Positions 38,592 to 50,800 of a DNA stretch of 64,000 bases are shown here, piece by piece. The position numbers and the translations under genes are program-made. The DNA is taken from contig OY969474.1 of assembly GCA_963700145.1 (NCBI GenBank), positions 1,056,001 through 1,120,000 on the forward strand, read 5' to 3'. The stretch is from an uncultured Acidobacteriota bacterium. Its GTDB lineage: Bacteria; Acidobacteriota; Thermoanaerobaculia; Multivoradales; UBA5704. The stretch's first letter is position 1. Every line of letters begins with the position of its first letter. The notes beneath the pieces were generated by a model. That model was given only the letters and a program-made list of their open reading frames with translations. It did not search any database and was not told the origin of the DNA.

Positions 38592-39596
38592 ATGCGACCT
38601 TGTGCGCTCCCACTCGTCTCGTTCGTTGCCGTATTGACCGCCGTGCTTCTCTCCCCCGCCCCGGCCGGCGCCGCCGACCCGCTCGCTCACACCTACTCGA
38701 TCGTCGCCCGCGATCCCAAGACCGGCGACTTCGGGGTGGCGGTGCAGAGCCACTGGTTCTCGGTCGGGCCGACCGTGCCGTGGGCGGAGGCGGGGGTGGG
38801 GGCGGTGGCGACGCAGTCGTTCGTGCGGGTCGACTACGGGCCGAAGGGGCTGGCGCTGATGCGCGGCGGGAAGTCGGCCGAGCAGGCGCTCCAGGAGCTC
38901 CTCGCCGCCGACCCGCAGAAGGACGTGCGGCAGGTGGCGATGGTGGACGCGCAGGGGCGGGTGGTGAGCTGGACCGGCCCGCGCTGCATCGCCGCCGCTG
39001 GCCACCAGCAGGGCGCGGGCTACTCGGTGCAGGCGAACCTGATGGACAAGCCGACCGTCTGGCCGGCGATGGCACGGGCCTACGAAGGCGCGCAGGGGGA
39101 CCTGGCCGAGCGCCTGCTGGCGGCGCTGGAGGCGGCGGAGGCCGAGGGGGGCGACATCCGCGGCCGGCAGAGCGCGGCGCTCCTCGTCGTGCGCGCGCAA
39201 TCGACGGGCGAGCCGTGGCGCGACCGTTTGGTGGACCTGCGGGTGGACGATCACCCGCAGCCGCTCGCCGAGCTGCGGCGGCTCTTGACCCTCAACCGCG
39301 CTTACGACGAGATGAACCTGGGCGACGAGGCGTTCGCGGCGGGCAAGGTCGAGGAGGCGCTCGCCCACTACACCCGCGGCACGCAGCTCGCGCCCGACAT
39401 CGCCGAGCTCCCTTTCTGGCAGGCCGTGACCCTCTTCGCCGCCGGCCGCGAGGAGCAGGCGCTGCCGATCTTCCGCGAGGTCTTCGCCCGCGAAGAGCGC
39501 TGGGCCCGCCTCGTCCCTCGGCTACCGGCCGCGGGGCTGCTGCCGGACGACCCGAAGAAGATCGAGAAGATCCTGAGCGTGGCGCCTAAGAAGTAG
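38592..39596 (+). CDS. DUF1028 (Ntn-hydrolase-like) protein with signal peptide and TPR tail
   Basis: 'HTYSIVARD...GVAVQS', 'GAVATQS', 'GGDIRGRQSAAL', 'DLRVDDH'. Confidence 0.88.
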   Translation: MRPCALPLVSFVAVLTAVLLSPAPAGAADPLAHTYSIVARDPKTGDFGVAVQSHWFSVGPTVPWAEAGVGAVATQSFVRVDYGPKGLALMRGGKSAEQALQELLAADPQKDVRQVAMVDAQGRVVSWTGPRCIAAAGHQQGAGYSVQANLMDKPTVWPAMARAYEGAQGDLAERLLAALEAAEAEGGDIRGRQSAALLVVRAQSTGEPWRDRLVDLRVDDHPQPLAELRRLLTLNRAYDEMNLGDEAFAAGKVEEALAHYTRGTQLAPDIAELPFWQAVTLFAAGREEQALPIFREVFAREERWARLVPRLPAAGLLPDDPKKIEKILSVAPKK

Positions 39597-40281
39597 GGCC
39601 TGAGTCCCCCGCCTCGATCTCCCGCGCCATCTTCTCCACCACCTCTTCGAGGTCGAGGTCGGAGGAGTCGATGAGGGTGTAGGAGGGATCGCGGGTCAGC
39701 GGCGAGTCGGTGCGGCGGCTGTCGCGCTCGTCGCGGGCGGTGATGTCGCCGACGACGGCGTCGTAGTCCTCGGGGCGGCCGGCTTTCTCGAGCTGCTCGT
39801 GGCGGCGGCGGAAGCGGACCTCGGGGCGGGCGTCCAGGAAGAACTTGTGCGGCGTGTCGGGGAAGACGCGGGTGCCGATGTCGCGGCCTTCGAGGACGCC
39901 GCCGTGCCGGCCGGCGATCTCGCGCTGCAGGGCGACCATGCGGCGGCGCACCGCGGGGTGCTCGGAGACCTGCGAGGAGGCCTCGCTCACCGCGCGGCTG
40001 CGGATACGGTCCTCCACCGGGTGGCCGTCGAGGAGCACCTCGAAGGTGCCGTCGGGGCGGCGGGCGAGCCGGATGTCGGCGGCGTCGCTCAGCGGCGCGA
40101 CGGCCTCCGGGTCGCCGGGGTCGGCGCCGCTCTCCAGGACCTTGAGGGCGACGGCGCGGTACATCGCGCCGGTGTCGAGGAAGGGCACGCCGAGGCGGCG
40201 GGCGAGCATCCGCGCCGCCGTGCTCTTGCCGACCCCGGAGGGGCCGTCAATGGCGACGACGAGGGGGCTTCGGCCGCTCAC
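39586..40281 (-). CDS. cmk: Cytidylate kinase
   Basis: 'AIDGPSGVGKST', 'DTGAMYR', 'EGRDIGT'. Confidence 0.95.
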   Translation of the reverse strand: MSGRSPLVVAIDGPSGVGKSTAARMLARRLGVPFLDTGAMYRAVALKVLESGADPGDPEAVAPLSDAADIRLARRPDGTFEVLLDGHPVEDRIRSRAVSEASSQVSEHPAVRRRMVALQREIAGRHGGVLEGRDIGTRVFPDTPHKFFLDARPEVRFRRRHEQLEKAGRPEDYDAVVGDITARDERDSRRTDSPLTRDPSYTLIDSSDLDLEEVVEKMAREIEAGDSGPTS

Positions 40282-41179
40282 CGGTTCGTTTCGGCGGGCC
40301 GGGTCGCGGCGGGCCGCCCTTCCGCGCGCCGCCGCGCACGCCCGGCGCCGGCTGGCGCGGGCCGCTCCGCGGCGCCTTGCGCCCGGCGGCTTCCCGGTCG
40401 GGCGGCGGGATCCGCCCGGCCGCGCGCTTGAGCATGTCGACCTCCCGCTCGGAGAGCTCGCGCACGGCGCCGAGCGGCAGCTCGGCGTCGGCGAGCGGCC
40501 CGATCGCCACCCGCCGCAGCTTCTGCACGGGGTGGCCGATGCGCTGGAACATCTCGCGGATCTGCCGCGTCCGCCCCTCGGCGAGGCGCACCGTCCACCA
40601 GGAGGTCTCGCTCTCCGGCGGGCGGCGGCCGCGCTCGCCGCGGGGGCTCCGCCGGGCCTTGACGTGCCGCGGCTCGATCTCGCACGGCGCGGTCCTCACC
40701 CCTTCGAGCAGGATCCCGGCGCGCAGCCGGTCGAGGGCCGCTGCGTCCGGGTGCCCGGACACCTTGACCTCGTAAGTCTTCCAGCAGCCGTGGCGCGGGT
40801 GGGCGATCGTCTGCGCAAACTCGCCGTCGTCGGTCAACAGGAGGAGGCCCTCGGTCAGGAAGTCGAGCCGCCCCACCGGCACCAGCGCCTTGCGGAACAT
40901 CGGCGGCACGAACTCCATGACCGTCGGCCGCCCCTCGGGGTCGGAGACTGTGGACATCACCGCCCGCGGCTTGTTGAGCAGGAGATAGCGATGCGTCGCC
41001 GGCGGGTGGACGCGCTTGCCGTCGAGCTTCACGGCGTCGCGCGCCGGGTCGGCCTTGTCGCCGATCCCGGCGACCGCGCCGTTGACGGTTACCCTTCCTT
41101 CGCGGATCAGGTCCTCGGCCTTGCGCCGCGAGGTGACGCCGGCGCGGGCGAGGATCTTCTGCAAGCGCTCCTCAGCCAT
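40247..41179 (-). CDS. rluB: rRNA pseudouridine synthase (RluB/RsuA family)
   Basis: S4 'ERLQKILA', 'PVGRLD', 'EGRTRQIR'. Confidence 0.88.
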   Translation of the reverse strand: MAEERLQKILARAGVTSRRKAEDLIREGRVTVNGAVAGIGDKADPARDAVKLDGKRVHPPATHRYLLLNKPRAVMSTVSDPEGRPTVMEFVPPMFRKALVPVGRLDFLTEGLLLLTDDGEFAQTIAHPRHGCWKTYEVKVSGHPDAAALDRLRAGILLEGVRTAPCEIEPRHVKARRSPRGERGRRPPESETSWWTVRLAEGRTRQIREMFQRIGHPVQKLRRVAIGPLADAELPLGAVRELSEREVDMLKRAAGRIPPPDREAAGRKAPRSGPRQPAPGVRGGARKGGPPRPGPPKRTGERPKPPRRRH

Positions 41180-41714
41180 CCCGCAGCGCCTCCTCGAACT
41201 CCTCGAGCGGCGGCAGGTCGCGCACGTGGTTCAGGCCGAAGTGCATCAGGAACTCGCGCGTCGTGCCGTAGAGGAAGGGCTTGCCCACGACTTCCTTCCG
41301 GCCGGTGATGCGCACCATGCGCCGCTCGAGGAGCGTCTTGAGCACCGCCGCCGGATTGACCGAGCGCAGCTCCTGGATCTCGGGGGCGGTGATCGGCTGG
41401 CGGTAGGCGACGATGGCCAGGGTCTCGAGCGCCGCGACCGAGAGCTTGCTCTCGCCGGCCGCCTCGAAGAAGCGGCGGAGGTAGGGAGCGAGCTCCGGCC
41501 GGGTCACCAGGCGCACGCCGCCGGCCACCTCCTCGGCGGCGACGCCGCGCCCCTCGGCCGCTGTGTAGCGAGCGAGCACGGCCTCGAGCGCCTGCGCCGC
41601 CTCCTCCCGGTCGCCTTCGTCGAAGAGGTCCAGCAGGCGCTGCCGCGGCACCGGGTCGGCGGCGACGAAGAGGACCGCCTCCAGCGCCGCTTCCAGCTCG
41701 GCCCGCCCCGTCAT
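41172..41714 (-). CDS. scpB: SMC-Scp complex subunit ScpB
   Basis: 'ALETLAIVAYRQPIT', 'YGTTREFLMHFGL'. Confidence 0.93.
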   Translation of the reverse strand: MTGRAELEAALEAVLFVAADPVPRQRLLDLFDEGDREEAAQALEAVLARYTAAEGRGVAAEEVAGGVRLVTRPELAPYLRRFFEAAGESKLSVAALETLAIVAYRQPITAPEIQELRSVNPAAVLKTLLERRMVRITGRKEVVGKPFLYGTTREFLMHFGLNHVRDLPPLEEFEEALRDG

Positions 41715-41720
41715 CCCGCC

Positions 41721-42497
41721 CTACGCCCCCACCGCTTCAATGTCGGCGCGCGACCAGTCGCGCGTCGTGCGGTAGAGCAGCACCTCCCCGGCCTCGGTCT
41801 GGTGGAGGCGGACGAGGTTCAACCGCGCCAGCTCCAGGACCGCGAGGAAGGCGGCGATCGCCTCGGCGCGGCCCGAGCGGCGGCGGAGGTCGGCGAGGAG
41901 GTCGAAGGGGCGGCTGGGCGACAGCTCGCCCAGGTAGCGCTCGAACTGCGCGCGCACGCTCCACACCTCGGGGCTGACCAAAAACGGCGGCGGGTGCTCG
42001 CGGTCGTAGCGGACGAGGACCTGCTTGAAGGCGCCGAGGAGGTCGAAGAGCGAGACCTCGCCGAGCTCGATCTCCTCCCCCTCCTCCGGCCCCGGCCGCG
42101 GCTGCGGCTTCCGGGTAAAGACGCCGAGGCGCAGGCGGTCGGTCTCGGCCAGCGTCTGCGCCGCCGCCTTCAGGCGCCGGTACTCCAGCAGGCGCTCGAC
42201 CAGCTCCTGGCGCGGGTCCTCCGCCGGCTCCCCCTCCACCGTCACCGGCCGCGGCAGCAGCAGCTTGCTCTTCAGGTGGATCAGCAGCGACGCCTCGTAG
42301 ATGTACTCGCCGGCGATGTCGAGGTTCAGCTCCTCCATCAGCCGCAGGTACTCGTGGAACTGGTCGCAGATCGTGGCCACGGGGATGTCCGTGATCTCCA
42401 CCTGGTTGACCTTGACGAGGTGCAGGAGGAGGTCGAGCGGCCCTTCGAAGACCGGCAGGTGCACCCGCCAGCCGGGGGGGAGGAGGGACTCACTCAC
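41721..42497 (-). CDS. scpA: SMC-Scp complex subunit ScpA
   Basis: 'FEGPLDLLLHL', 'KSKLLLP', 'FLAVLEL'. Confidence 0.93.
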   Translation of the reverse strand: MSESLLPPGWRVHLPVFEGPLDLLLHLVKVNQVEITDIPVATICDQFHEYLRLMEELNLDIAGEYIYEASLLIHLKSKLLLPRPVTVEGEPAEDPRQELVERLLEYRRLKAAAQTLAETDRLRLGVFTRKPQPRPGPEEGEEIELGEVSLFDLLGAFKQVLVRYDREHPPPFLVSPEVWSVRAQFERYLGELSPSRPFDLLADLRRRSGRAEAIAAFLAVLELARLNLVRLHQTEAGEVLLYRTTRDWSRADIEAVGA

Positions 42498-43528
42498 CCG
42501 CGGGCCTCCGCGACGAGGCGGCGGGTCTTGCTGTAATCGAGACCCATCGCCGCCCGCACCTGTTCCATCGTCTCCTGCGCCCGCTCGCGCGCCTGGCGCG
42601 AGCCCTCGACGAGGACGTCGAGGAGCGCGTCGCGGTCGCCGGCCAGCCGCTCGCGCCGCTCGCGCATCGGCTCGAGGTAGGCGTTCATGATGTCGGCGAG
42701 GAGGCGTTTGTCGTCGACGCAGCCGATCTCCGCCGCCCGGCACTGCACCGCCACCCGCTCCTGCACGTCGGCCGGCGAGATCAGCTTGTGGAACTCGTAG
42801 AGGTTGCAGACCTCGGGGCGGCCGGGGTCGCTCCGCCGCTGGCGCTGCGGGTCGGTGAACATCTCCATGCACTTCTGCCGCACCACCTCCGGCGGGTCGG
42901 AGAGGTGGATGGCGTTGCCGTAGGACTTCGACATCTTCCGCCCGTCGATCCCCGGCACCTTCGGGGTCGGCGTGAACAGGGCCTTGGGCTCGGGGAAGAC
43001 CTCCTCGCCGTAGAGGTGGTTGAAGCGGCGCACCACCTCGCGGCTCATCTCCAGGTGGCTCGCCTGGTCCTCCCCGACCGGCACGAAGTGGGCGCGGTAG
43101 ATGACGATGTCCACGGTCTGGAGCAGCGGGTAGCCGAGGAAGCCGTAGGTCGCGAGGTCCTTGCCCTCGATCTGCGCCATCTGCTCCTTGTAGCTCGGCA
43201 CCCGCTCGAGCCAACCGAGCGGCGTGATCATCGACAGCAGCAGGTGGAGCTCGGCGTGCTCCGGCACCATCGACTGGACGAAGATGACCGAGCGCTCGGG
43301 GTCGAGCCCGGCGGCCAGGTAGTCGGCGACGATCTCGAGCGTGCTCTCGGCGATGCCGGAGGGGTCGGCGTAGTCGCTGGTCAGGGCGTGCCAGTCGGCG
43401 GCGAAGAAGTAGCAGCGGTAGCGGTCCTGCAGCTCCACCCAGTTCTTGAGCGCCCCGAAGTAGTTCCCCAGGTGCAGCTTCCCCGTGGAACGCATCCCGG
43501 AGAGCACGACTTTCTGCGCCTCGACCAA
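42494..43528 (-). CDS. trpS: Tryptophan-tRNA ligase
   Basis: 'HLGN', 'VPVGEDQ', 'KMSKS'. Confidence 0.96.
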   Translation of the reverse strand: MVEAQKVVLSGMRSTGKLHLGNYFGALKNWVELQDRYRCYFFAADWHALTSDYADPSGIAESTLEIVADYLAAGLDPERSVIFVQSMVPEHAELHLLLSMITPLGWLERVPSYKEQMAQIEGKDLATYGFLGYPLLQTVDIVIYRAHFVPVGEDQASHLEMSREVVRRFNHLYGEEVFPEPKALFTPTPKVPGIDGRKMSKSYGNAIHLSDPPEVVRQKCMEMFTDPQRQRRSDPGRPEVCNLYEFHKLISPADVQERVAVQCRAAEIGCVDDKRLLADIMNAYLEPMRERRERLAGDRDALLDVLVEGSRQARERAQETMEQVRAAMGLDYSKTRRLVAEARG

Positions 43529-43538
43529 CCGAATCTCC

Positions 43539-44243
43539 TCAGAGGAAACGGATCACGACCACCAGCAGCCCGTAGAAGGGGAAGAGCAGCGCCGGCACCA
43601 CCCCCGAGACGGCGAGGGCGGTGCCGATCATAAAGCCGTAGGGTCGGACGGCGGCAAGGCGCACCGCCCAGTCGTAGGGCAGGAAGCGCAGGGCGAGCTG
43701 GCCGGCGTCGAGCGGCGGCAGCGGGATCAGGTTGAAGACGGCCAGGAAGGCGTTGATCGTCGCCATCCGCACCAGGGTGAAGACCAGCGGGAAGCCGGCC
43801 ATCGTCCCGGCCTCGCGCGCCCGCTGGAAGAGGGTCAGGAAGGCGGCCTCGCGGGCCGCCGCCGGCAGGAGCTGCAGGGCGACGGCGAGGGCCAGCGTTG
43901 CGAGGGCGGCCAGGACCAAGTTCGCGGCCGGGCCGGCGAGATCGACGAGCGAGCCGTCGCGGCGCGGCCGGCGGAGGTTCTTCTCGAGGATCGGCGGCCG
44001 CCGCCCCCAGCCGAAGACCGGCGCGCCGAGGAGCAGCAGCATCACCGGCAGCACGACCGAGCCGAAGGGGTCGAGGTGGCGTAGCGGGTTGAGGGTCAGC
44101 CGCCCGAGCCTGCGCGGCGTCGGGTCGCCGCAGAGGTCGGCGGCCCAGGCGTGCGCCGCCTCGTGCGCCGAGATGGCGAGGAGCACGAGCAGGAGCTGCA
44201 CCGCGGCGGTGAAGAGCGCGTTGGGGTCCTGGAGGGCCGGCAT
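43539..44243 (-). CDS. Site-2 protease (M50)
   Basis: 'HEAAH', 'AGPAAN', 'NLIPLPPLD'. Confidence 0.9.
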   Translation of the reverse strand: MPALQDPNALFTAAVQLLLVLLAISAHEAAHAWAADLCGDPTPRRLGRLTLNPLRHLDPFGSVVLPVMLLLLGAPVFGWGRRPPILEKNLRRPRRDGSLVDLAGPAANLVLAALATLALAVALQLLPAAAREAAFLTLFQRAREAGTMAGFPLVFTLVRMATINAFLAVFNLIPLPPLDAGQLALRFLPYDWAVRLAAVRPYGFMIGTALAVSGVVPALLFPFYGLLVVVIRFL

Positions 44244-44245
44244 CG

Positions 44246-45166
44246 TCAGAGGCTCGGCAGGGGCGGCAGCGGGTCGCGCAGGCCGGCGAGGACGCCGCGC
44301 GCCTTGGCGACGACCGAGCGGCCGTTGCCGCGCGGCGCCTCGCGCAGCCAGGCCGCGGGCAGGGCGACCAGGTTGGCGACGAGGAAGCCGGCGAGGCCGA
44401 GCGGCCCGCCGTGGCGGCGGACGTAGAGGGCGTTGCTGCGGCCGGTGTGGAAGGTCTTGCCCGGCGTGTAGCCGCCGCCGGTCGAGGCCGCCACCTTGTG
44501 CCAGATGCGGCTCTCCGGCACGTAGCGCAGGCGGTAGCCGGCGTCGAGCGCGCGGCGGCACCAGTCGGCGTCGTCGACGTTGATGAAGTAGGCCGGGTCG
44601 AGCGGACCCACCCGCTCGAGCGCGTCGCGCGGCACCAGCAGGCAGCAGGTCGTGAGATACGTGACGTCGCCGGCGCGGCTCCAGCGCGGGCCGTCCGGCT
44701 CGCCGCGGCCGAGCTCGACCGTTACCGTCTCGCGGATGCGCAGCCGCCCCCCCGCCGCCCACAGCCGGTCGGGCGGGTCGAAGTAGAAGATCTTGGGGCC
44801 GGCGGCGCCGACCGCCGGGTCGCGGGCGGCGGCGAGGAGCGGCTCGAGGAAGCCGGGGTCCACCGCGACGTCGGTGTTCAAGAGCAGCACCCAGCCGACC
44901 GCGGGATCGGCGAGGGCGCGGCGGATGCCGACGTCGTTGCCGCCCGCGAAGCCGAGGTTCTCGCCGGTCTCGACCAGCTCGACGTCCGGCCGCTCGCGGC
45001 GCAGGCGCTCCGGGGAGCCGTCGGTCGAGCCGTTGTCCACGACGAGCGGGCGGAGGCGCTCGCGGCCGCGCACGGCGTCGAGCGAGCGCAGGGTGGCGAG
45101 GGTGTCCTCGGCGCCGTTCCAGTTGACCAGCACGACGGCAACCGTCGTGGTTGGGTCGCGCTCCAT
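44246..45166 (-). CDS. Glycosyltransferase family 2
   Basis: 'VVDNGSTDGS', 'NLGFAGGN', 'LLNTD'. Confidence 0.9.
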   Translation of the reverse strand: MERDPTTTVAVVLVNWNGAEDTLATLRSLDAVRGRERLRPLVVDNGSTDGSPERLRRERPDVELVETGENLGFAGGNDVGIRRALADPAVGWVLLLNTDVAVDPGFLEPLLAAARDPAVGAAGPKIFYFDPPDRLWAAGGRLRIRETVTVELGRGEPDGPRWSRAGDVTYLTTCCLLVPRDALERVGPLDPAYFINVDDADWCRRALDAGYRLRYVPESRIWHKVAASTGGGYTPGKTFHTGRSNALYVRRHGGPLGLAGFLVANLVALPAAWLREAPRGNGRSVVAKARGVLAGLRDPLPPLPSL

Positions 45167-45651
45167 CAGGCCGCGGCGCCCAGGCGGCGGTTGATGTCGG
45201 TCATCAGGCGGTCGTTGGCGCCGAGCACTCGGCCCTCCAGCACCAGCGCCCGGAGCTGCGCCGCCAGCGTCAGCCAGAAGAGGCCGTGGTGCACCCAGAG
45301 CGGGACGGCGCCGGTGTAGACGCCGCCGCCGAGGATGAAGGTCGCCATCGCCAGACCCACGGCGAGCATCAGCGACGGGTAGGAGCGGTTCTTGAAGTCC
45401 TTCGTCCGCTCGTACAGCTCGGCCGGCAGCCCGCCTACCCGCACCGCGTCCTTGATCGCGCGGCCGGTGCCGATCAGGTAGAACATGATCCAGCAGTGGG
45501 AGAAGAGCAGGAGGAGGCTGGAGGCGAGGGCGAGGAGGATGTGGAGGCGCATCCCTTCGTCGATCCGGGGCAGGAAGTAGCCCACGCCGGCGCTGGCGGC
45601 GAAGCCCAGCGTCGCCATCCAGCCGACCACCAACAAGGCACGTCCCATCAT
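45166..45651 (-). CDS. Four-helix membrane protein, unknown function
   Basis: Four hydrophobic segments with His residues; GC3-rich codons; coupled to GT2. Confidence 0.75.
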   Translation of the reverse strand: MMGRALLVVGWMATLGFAASAGVGYFLPRIDEGMRLHILLALASSLLLLFSHCWIMFYLIGTGRAIKDAVRVGGLPAELYERTKDFKNRSYPSLMLAVGLAMATFILGGGVYTGAVPLWVHHGLFWLTLAAQLRALVLEGRVLGANDRLMTDINRRLGAAA

Positions 45652-45667
45652 GCGTAGGTCCTCGGCC

Positions 45668-45783
45668 TGTCATCCTGAGCGATAGCGAAGGATCTGGGGG
45701 GCGGGTGGCACGAAGTCCTCTCGCGGCGGAACCGTCCTCGCGCCGCCCCCCGCCCAGATCCCTCGCTCACGCTCGGGATGACA
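45668..45783. repeat. REP/MITE-like palindromic element
   Basis: TGTCATCCTGAGCGATAGCGAAGGATCTGGG ... CCCAGATCCCTCGCTCACGCTCGGGATGACA inverted arms. Confidence 0.85.
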
Positions 45784-45802
45784 TGCGCTACCGTGGTCTC
45801 GA

Positions 45803-46960
45803 TCACCGCCCCCCTTCACCCACTGCTTCCAACCACGCCGCCGCGGCGTGCCGCGGCCGGAACCTCTCGTCGAGCCGCCGCCGGCCGGCTTCGCCGCGGC
45901 GGCGGGCCTCCTCCGGCTGCGCCAGCGCCTCGCCGAGCGCGGCGGCCAGCGCCCCGGGGTCCTCCGGCGGCACCAGCCAGCCGGTCTCGCCGTCCACGAC
46001 CACCTCCGGGATGCCGCTCACCCGGCTGGCGACGACCGGCACTCCGGCTTCCATCGCTTCGAGCACCACCAGTGGCATCCCCTCGTAGATCGACGGCACC
46101 GCCAGCGCGCCGGCGCCGGCGAGGAGGACGCGCACCCGCGCCGCGTCGCACCGCCCGAGGAACGTCACCGCCTCCTCCACTCCCAGCCGCACCGCCGTCC
46201 GCTCCAGCGCCCGGCGGTGCTCGCCGTCGCCGGCGATCAGCAGGCGCGCCCCGGGCACCGTCTCGAGCAGCCGCGCGAGCGCGGCGAGGAGCACCTCGAC
46301 CCCCTTGCGCAACCGCAGCCGTCCGACGAACAGCAGGTAGCCCCGCGCAGGCTCGGACCCTGCCCCACCCACCCGAGATTCTTCCTCTTCAACCGCTACT
46401 CCCCCTGTCGCGTTCGGCACCACTCCTACTCCACCGACTCCGTAGTCCCGCGCCAGCTCCTCCGCCGTCGCGGCGCTCGGCGCCAGCACCACGTCGGCGC
46501 ACCACGCGGTCAGGCACCCCAGCACTACCTGAAGCGGCGCATTCCCCCACCGGAAGGCCCGCTCGCGCCACCCCGGCCGCCCCAGCACCCGCCCGTCCGG
46601 CGCCCGCAGCGGCCGCACCGCGCGCCGCTCCTCGCGGTAGCTCACCTGGAGGAGGGCGGCCAGGCGCGGCGGCGGGTCGAGCAGTGGGGAGGCCGCCGCC
46701 GCCAGCAGGGCCGCCAGCGCGCCGTCCGACTCGTGCACCTGGAAGACGTGCGGCCGGAAGCGGCGGAGCGCCCGAAAGGCGGCGGGGACGACGGCGAGCG
46801 GGAAGAGCAGCTTGGGGCCCCTGGCGCCGCCGGGCCCGCGCCCCAGGACCTCCACCTCGTGCCCCGCGTCGCGCAGACCCGCCGCCAACTGTAGCACCTG
46901 CTCCCCGACCCCCGAGACGTCGCGCGGGGGGAGCGTGTTGGCGACCAGGAGGACGCGCAC
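45803..46960 (-). CDS. Glycosyltransferase family 4
   Basis: 'FVGRL...KG', 'EGMPLVVLEAM...VSGIPEVV'. Confidence 0.9.
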   Translation of the reverse strand: MRVLLVANTLPPRDVSGVGEQVLQLAAGLRDAGHEVEVLGRGPGGARGPKLLFPLAVVPAAFRALRRFRPHVFQVHESDGALAALLAAAASPLLDPPPRLAALLQVSYREERRAVRPLRAPDGRVLGRPGWRERAFRWGNAPLQVVLGCLTAWCADVVLAPSAATAEELARDYGVGGVGVVPNATGGVAVEEEESRVGGAGSEPARGYLLFVGRLRLRKGVEVLLAALARLLETVPGARLLIAGDGEHRRALERTAVRLGVEEAVTFLGRCDAARVRVLLAGAGALAVPSIYEGMPLVVLEAMEAGVPVVASRVSGIPEVVVDGETGWLVPPEDPGALAAALGEALAQPEEARRRGEAGRRRLDERFRPRHAAAAWLEAVGEGGR

Positions 46961-46968
46961 GCGGGCGC

Positions 46969-49038
<2,070 letters not shown>

Positions 49039-49066
49039 GCGGGAAGGATACGACGCGCCGCCGCGG

Positions 49067-49867
49067 CTAATTCGGGATCTCGAAGCGCAGGGCCACGACC
49101 CCGCACCGCACCTCGTCGCCGGCTTTCAGCTCGCCGGGGATGCCGGTCTCCAGGCGGGCGCCGTTCAGGAAGGTGTTGTTGACGGTGCCGATCTCTTCGG
49201 AGAGGAAGAACTTGGCGCCGCGGCGGTAGATCTTGGCGTGGCGGCGGGAGACGGAGCGCTGGTTGTCCACCGGCGAGAGGTCGATGTCGGGCCAGATGCC
49301 GGTGACCGGGTCCTTCCGTCCGATCGTCGTCTCCGAGCCGCGGGCGAGCGGGAACTCCATGCCGGACTGCGCGTGCCGCAGCCGCTCGGGGGCGGTGGGC
49401 ACCGGCGCCTCCTGGAAGGAGGGCACGTCGGAGAAGCCGCGGTTGGTCTGGTCCATCAGGTCGCGGAGCTGCTGGTCGGTCTCGCGCAGCCGGCGCGACA
49501 GCTTGCGCATCATGCGGACCGCGATCTCCGGGTTGTCGCGCAGCATCTGGTCGAAGGTCGAGCCGTTGATCTGCACCAGCCGGACGTGGGAGACGGCGCG
49601 CGCCGAGCCGGCGCGCGGCAGGTCCTCGAGCAGCGCCATCTCGCCGAAGAAGTCCCCCTTGTCGAGCACCGCGAGCTGCCGCTCCTCACCGGCGGCGCGC
49701 TTGGTGATCTCGACCTGCCCCTCCTGGATGATGTACATCTCCCGTCCCAGCTCACCCTCGCGGAAGACGTAGTTGCCGGCCGAGTGCTCGACCTGGGTGT
49801 AGACCGACGCCTTCTTGGGCGCGGGGGTGGCGCCGCTGCCGGTGCTCTTGAAGACGGAGTTGCTCAT
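49067..49867 (-). CDS. cNMP-binding domain - FHA domain protein
   Basis: 'FFGEMALLEDLPR', FHA 'IGR...SVSRRHA...N.TFLNG'. Confidence 0.88.
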   Translation of the reverse strand: MSNSVFKSTGSGATPAPKKASVYTQVEHSAGNYVFREGELGREMYIIQEGQVEITKRAAGEERQLAVLDKGDFFGEMALLEDLPRAGSARAVSHVRLVQINGSTFDQMLRDNPEIAVRMMRKLSRRLRETDQQLRDLMDQTNRGFSDVPSFQEAPVPTAPERLRHAQSGMEFPLARGSETTIGRKDPVTGIWPDIDLSPVDNQRSVSRRHAKIYRRGAKFFLSEEIGTVNNTFLNGARLETGIPGELKAGDEVRCGVVALRFEIPN

Positions 49868-50799
49868 CGCTCGGCGATCCGGTCGCTGCCCAGCGTCAGG
49901 CGGGCGCCCTCGAGGCGCGCCGGCAGGCCGAGCGGCAGCGTCAGGTTGGGGGCGCGGTGGCCGCTCCGCTCCCCCCAGGCCAGCGGCCAGGGGAAGCCGG
50001 CGAGGCTCTCGGCCATCAGGGCGATGCGGGCCTCGACCTCGGCGCCCGGAGGCTCCGGGCCGTCGCCGTCGAAGTGCCCGATCACCATGCCGCGGATCGC
50101 GTCGAGGCTACCCGACAAGCGGAGGTGGGTCAACATTCGGTCGAGGCGGTAGAGCGGCTCGTTGACGTCCTCCAGGAAGACGATGCCGCCGGCGAGGTCG
50201 GACGCCCAGGGCGTGCCCAGCGTGCCCACGAGGAGCGACAGGCAGCCGCCGAGGAGCGGTCCCTCCCCCGCGCCGTCGCGCAGCGCGCCGGCCAGCGGGT
50301 GCTCGACCGGGTAGTCGCCGGCGAGGGCGCCCAGGAGCGACTCCTCCTCTTCGGGGAGCAGGCCGCGCGCCAGCTCGGCCGCCACCAGCGGGCCGTGGAA
50401 GGCGGCGACGCCGAGCCGCTGCACGACGGCGAGCAGGAAGGGCGTCAGGTCGGAGTAGCCGACGTAGGCGCGCGGCGTGCGCGCCAGGAGCCGCCAGTCG
50501 AGCCGCGGCAGGAGCCGCAGCAGGCCGTGGCCGCCGCGGGCGAAGAGGATGGCCGGCAGATCGGGGTCGGCCGCCAGCTCGTGGAAGGCCGCCAGGCGCT
50601 CCTCGTCGCCGCCGGCGAAGCGCACCTTGCCGGTGCCCGCCACGGCCGCCAGGTTGCGCGCCGGCGCCGGCTCGAAACCCAGCCGTTCGAGCTCGGCGAG
50701 GCCGCGCCGCAGCCGCTCGGGATCGACCGCGCCGGAGAGCGCCGCCACCCCCACGCGCGCCCCCGGGCGGACCGGGGGCGGGAGGAGGGCGGCGGGCAT
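49864..50799 (-). CDS. LD-carboxypeptidase (S66)
   Basis: 'RGGHG', 'GYSDLT', 'FLEDVNE', 'GH'. Confidence 0.9.
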   Translation of the reverse strand: MPAALLPPPVRPGARVGVAALSGAVDPERLRRGLAELERLGFEPAPARNLAAVAGTGKVRFAGGDEERLAAFHELAADPDLPAILFARGGHGLLRLLPRLDWRLLARTPRAYVGYSDLTPFLLAVVQRLGVAAFHGPLVAAELARGLLPEEEESLLGALAGDYPVEHPLAGALRDGAGEGPLLGGCLSLLVGTLGTPWASDLAGGIVFLEDVNEPLYRLDRMLTHLRLSGSLDAIRGMVIGHFDGDGPEPPGAEVEARIALMAESLAGFPWPLAWGERSGHRAPNLTLPLGLPARLEGARLTLGSDRIAER

Positions 50800-50800
50800 C

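Noticed and set aside
43539-44243. Site-2 protease as part of the anti-sigma cascade
   Set aside because: Sits in the common S2P-trpS-scpAB context outside the island; a role in trans cannot be excluded but is unsupported
46340-46540. Patch of atypical codons inside the GT4 gene
   Set aside because: Frame is intact and no repeat or element ends were found; too weak to call
49067-49867. cNMP-FHA protein as a CRISPR second-messenger effector
   Set aside because: Over 10 kb outside the island, within a housekeeping run; no link visible
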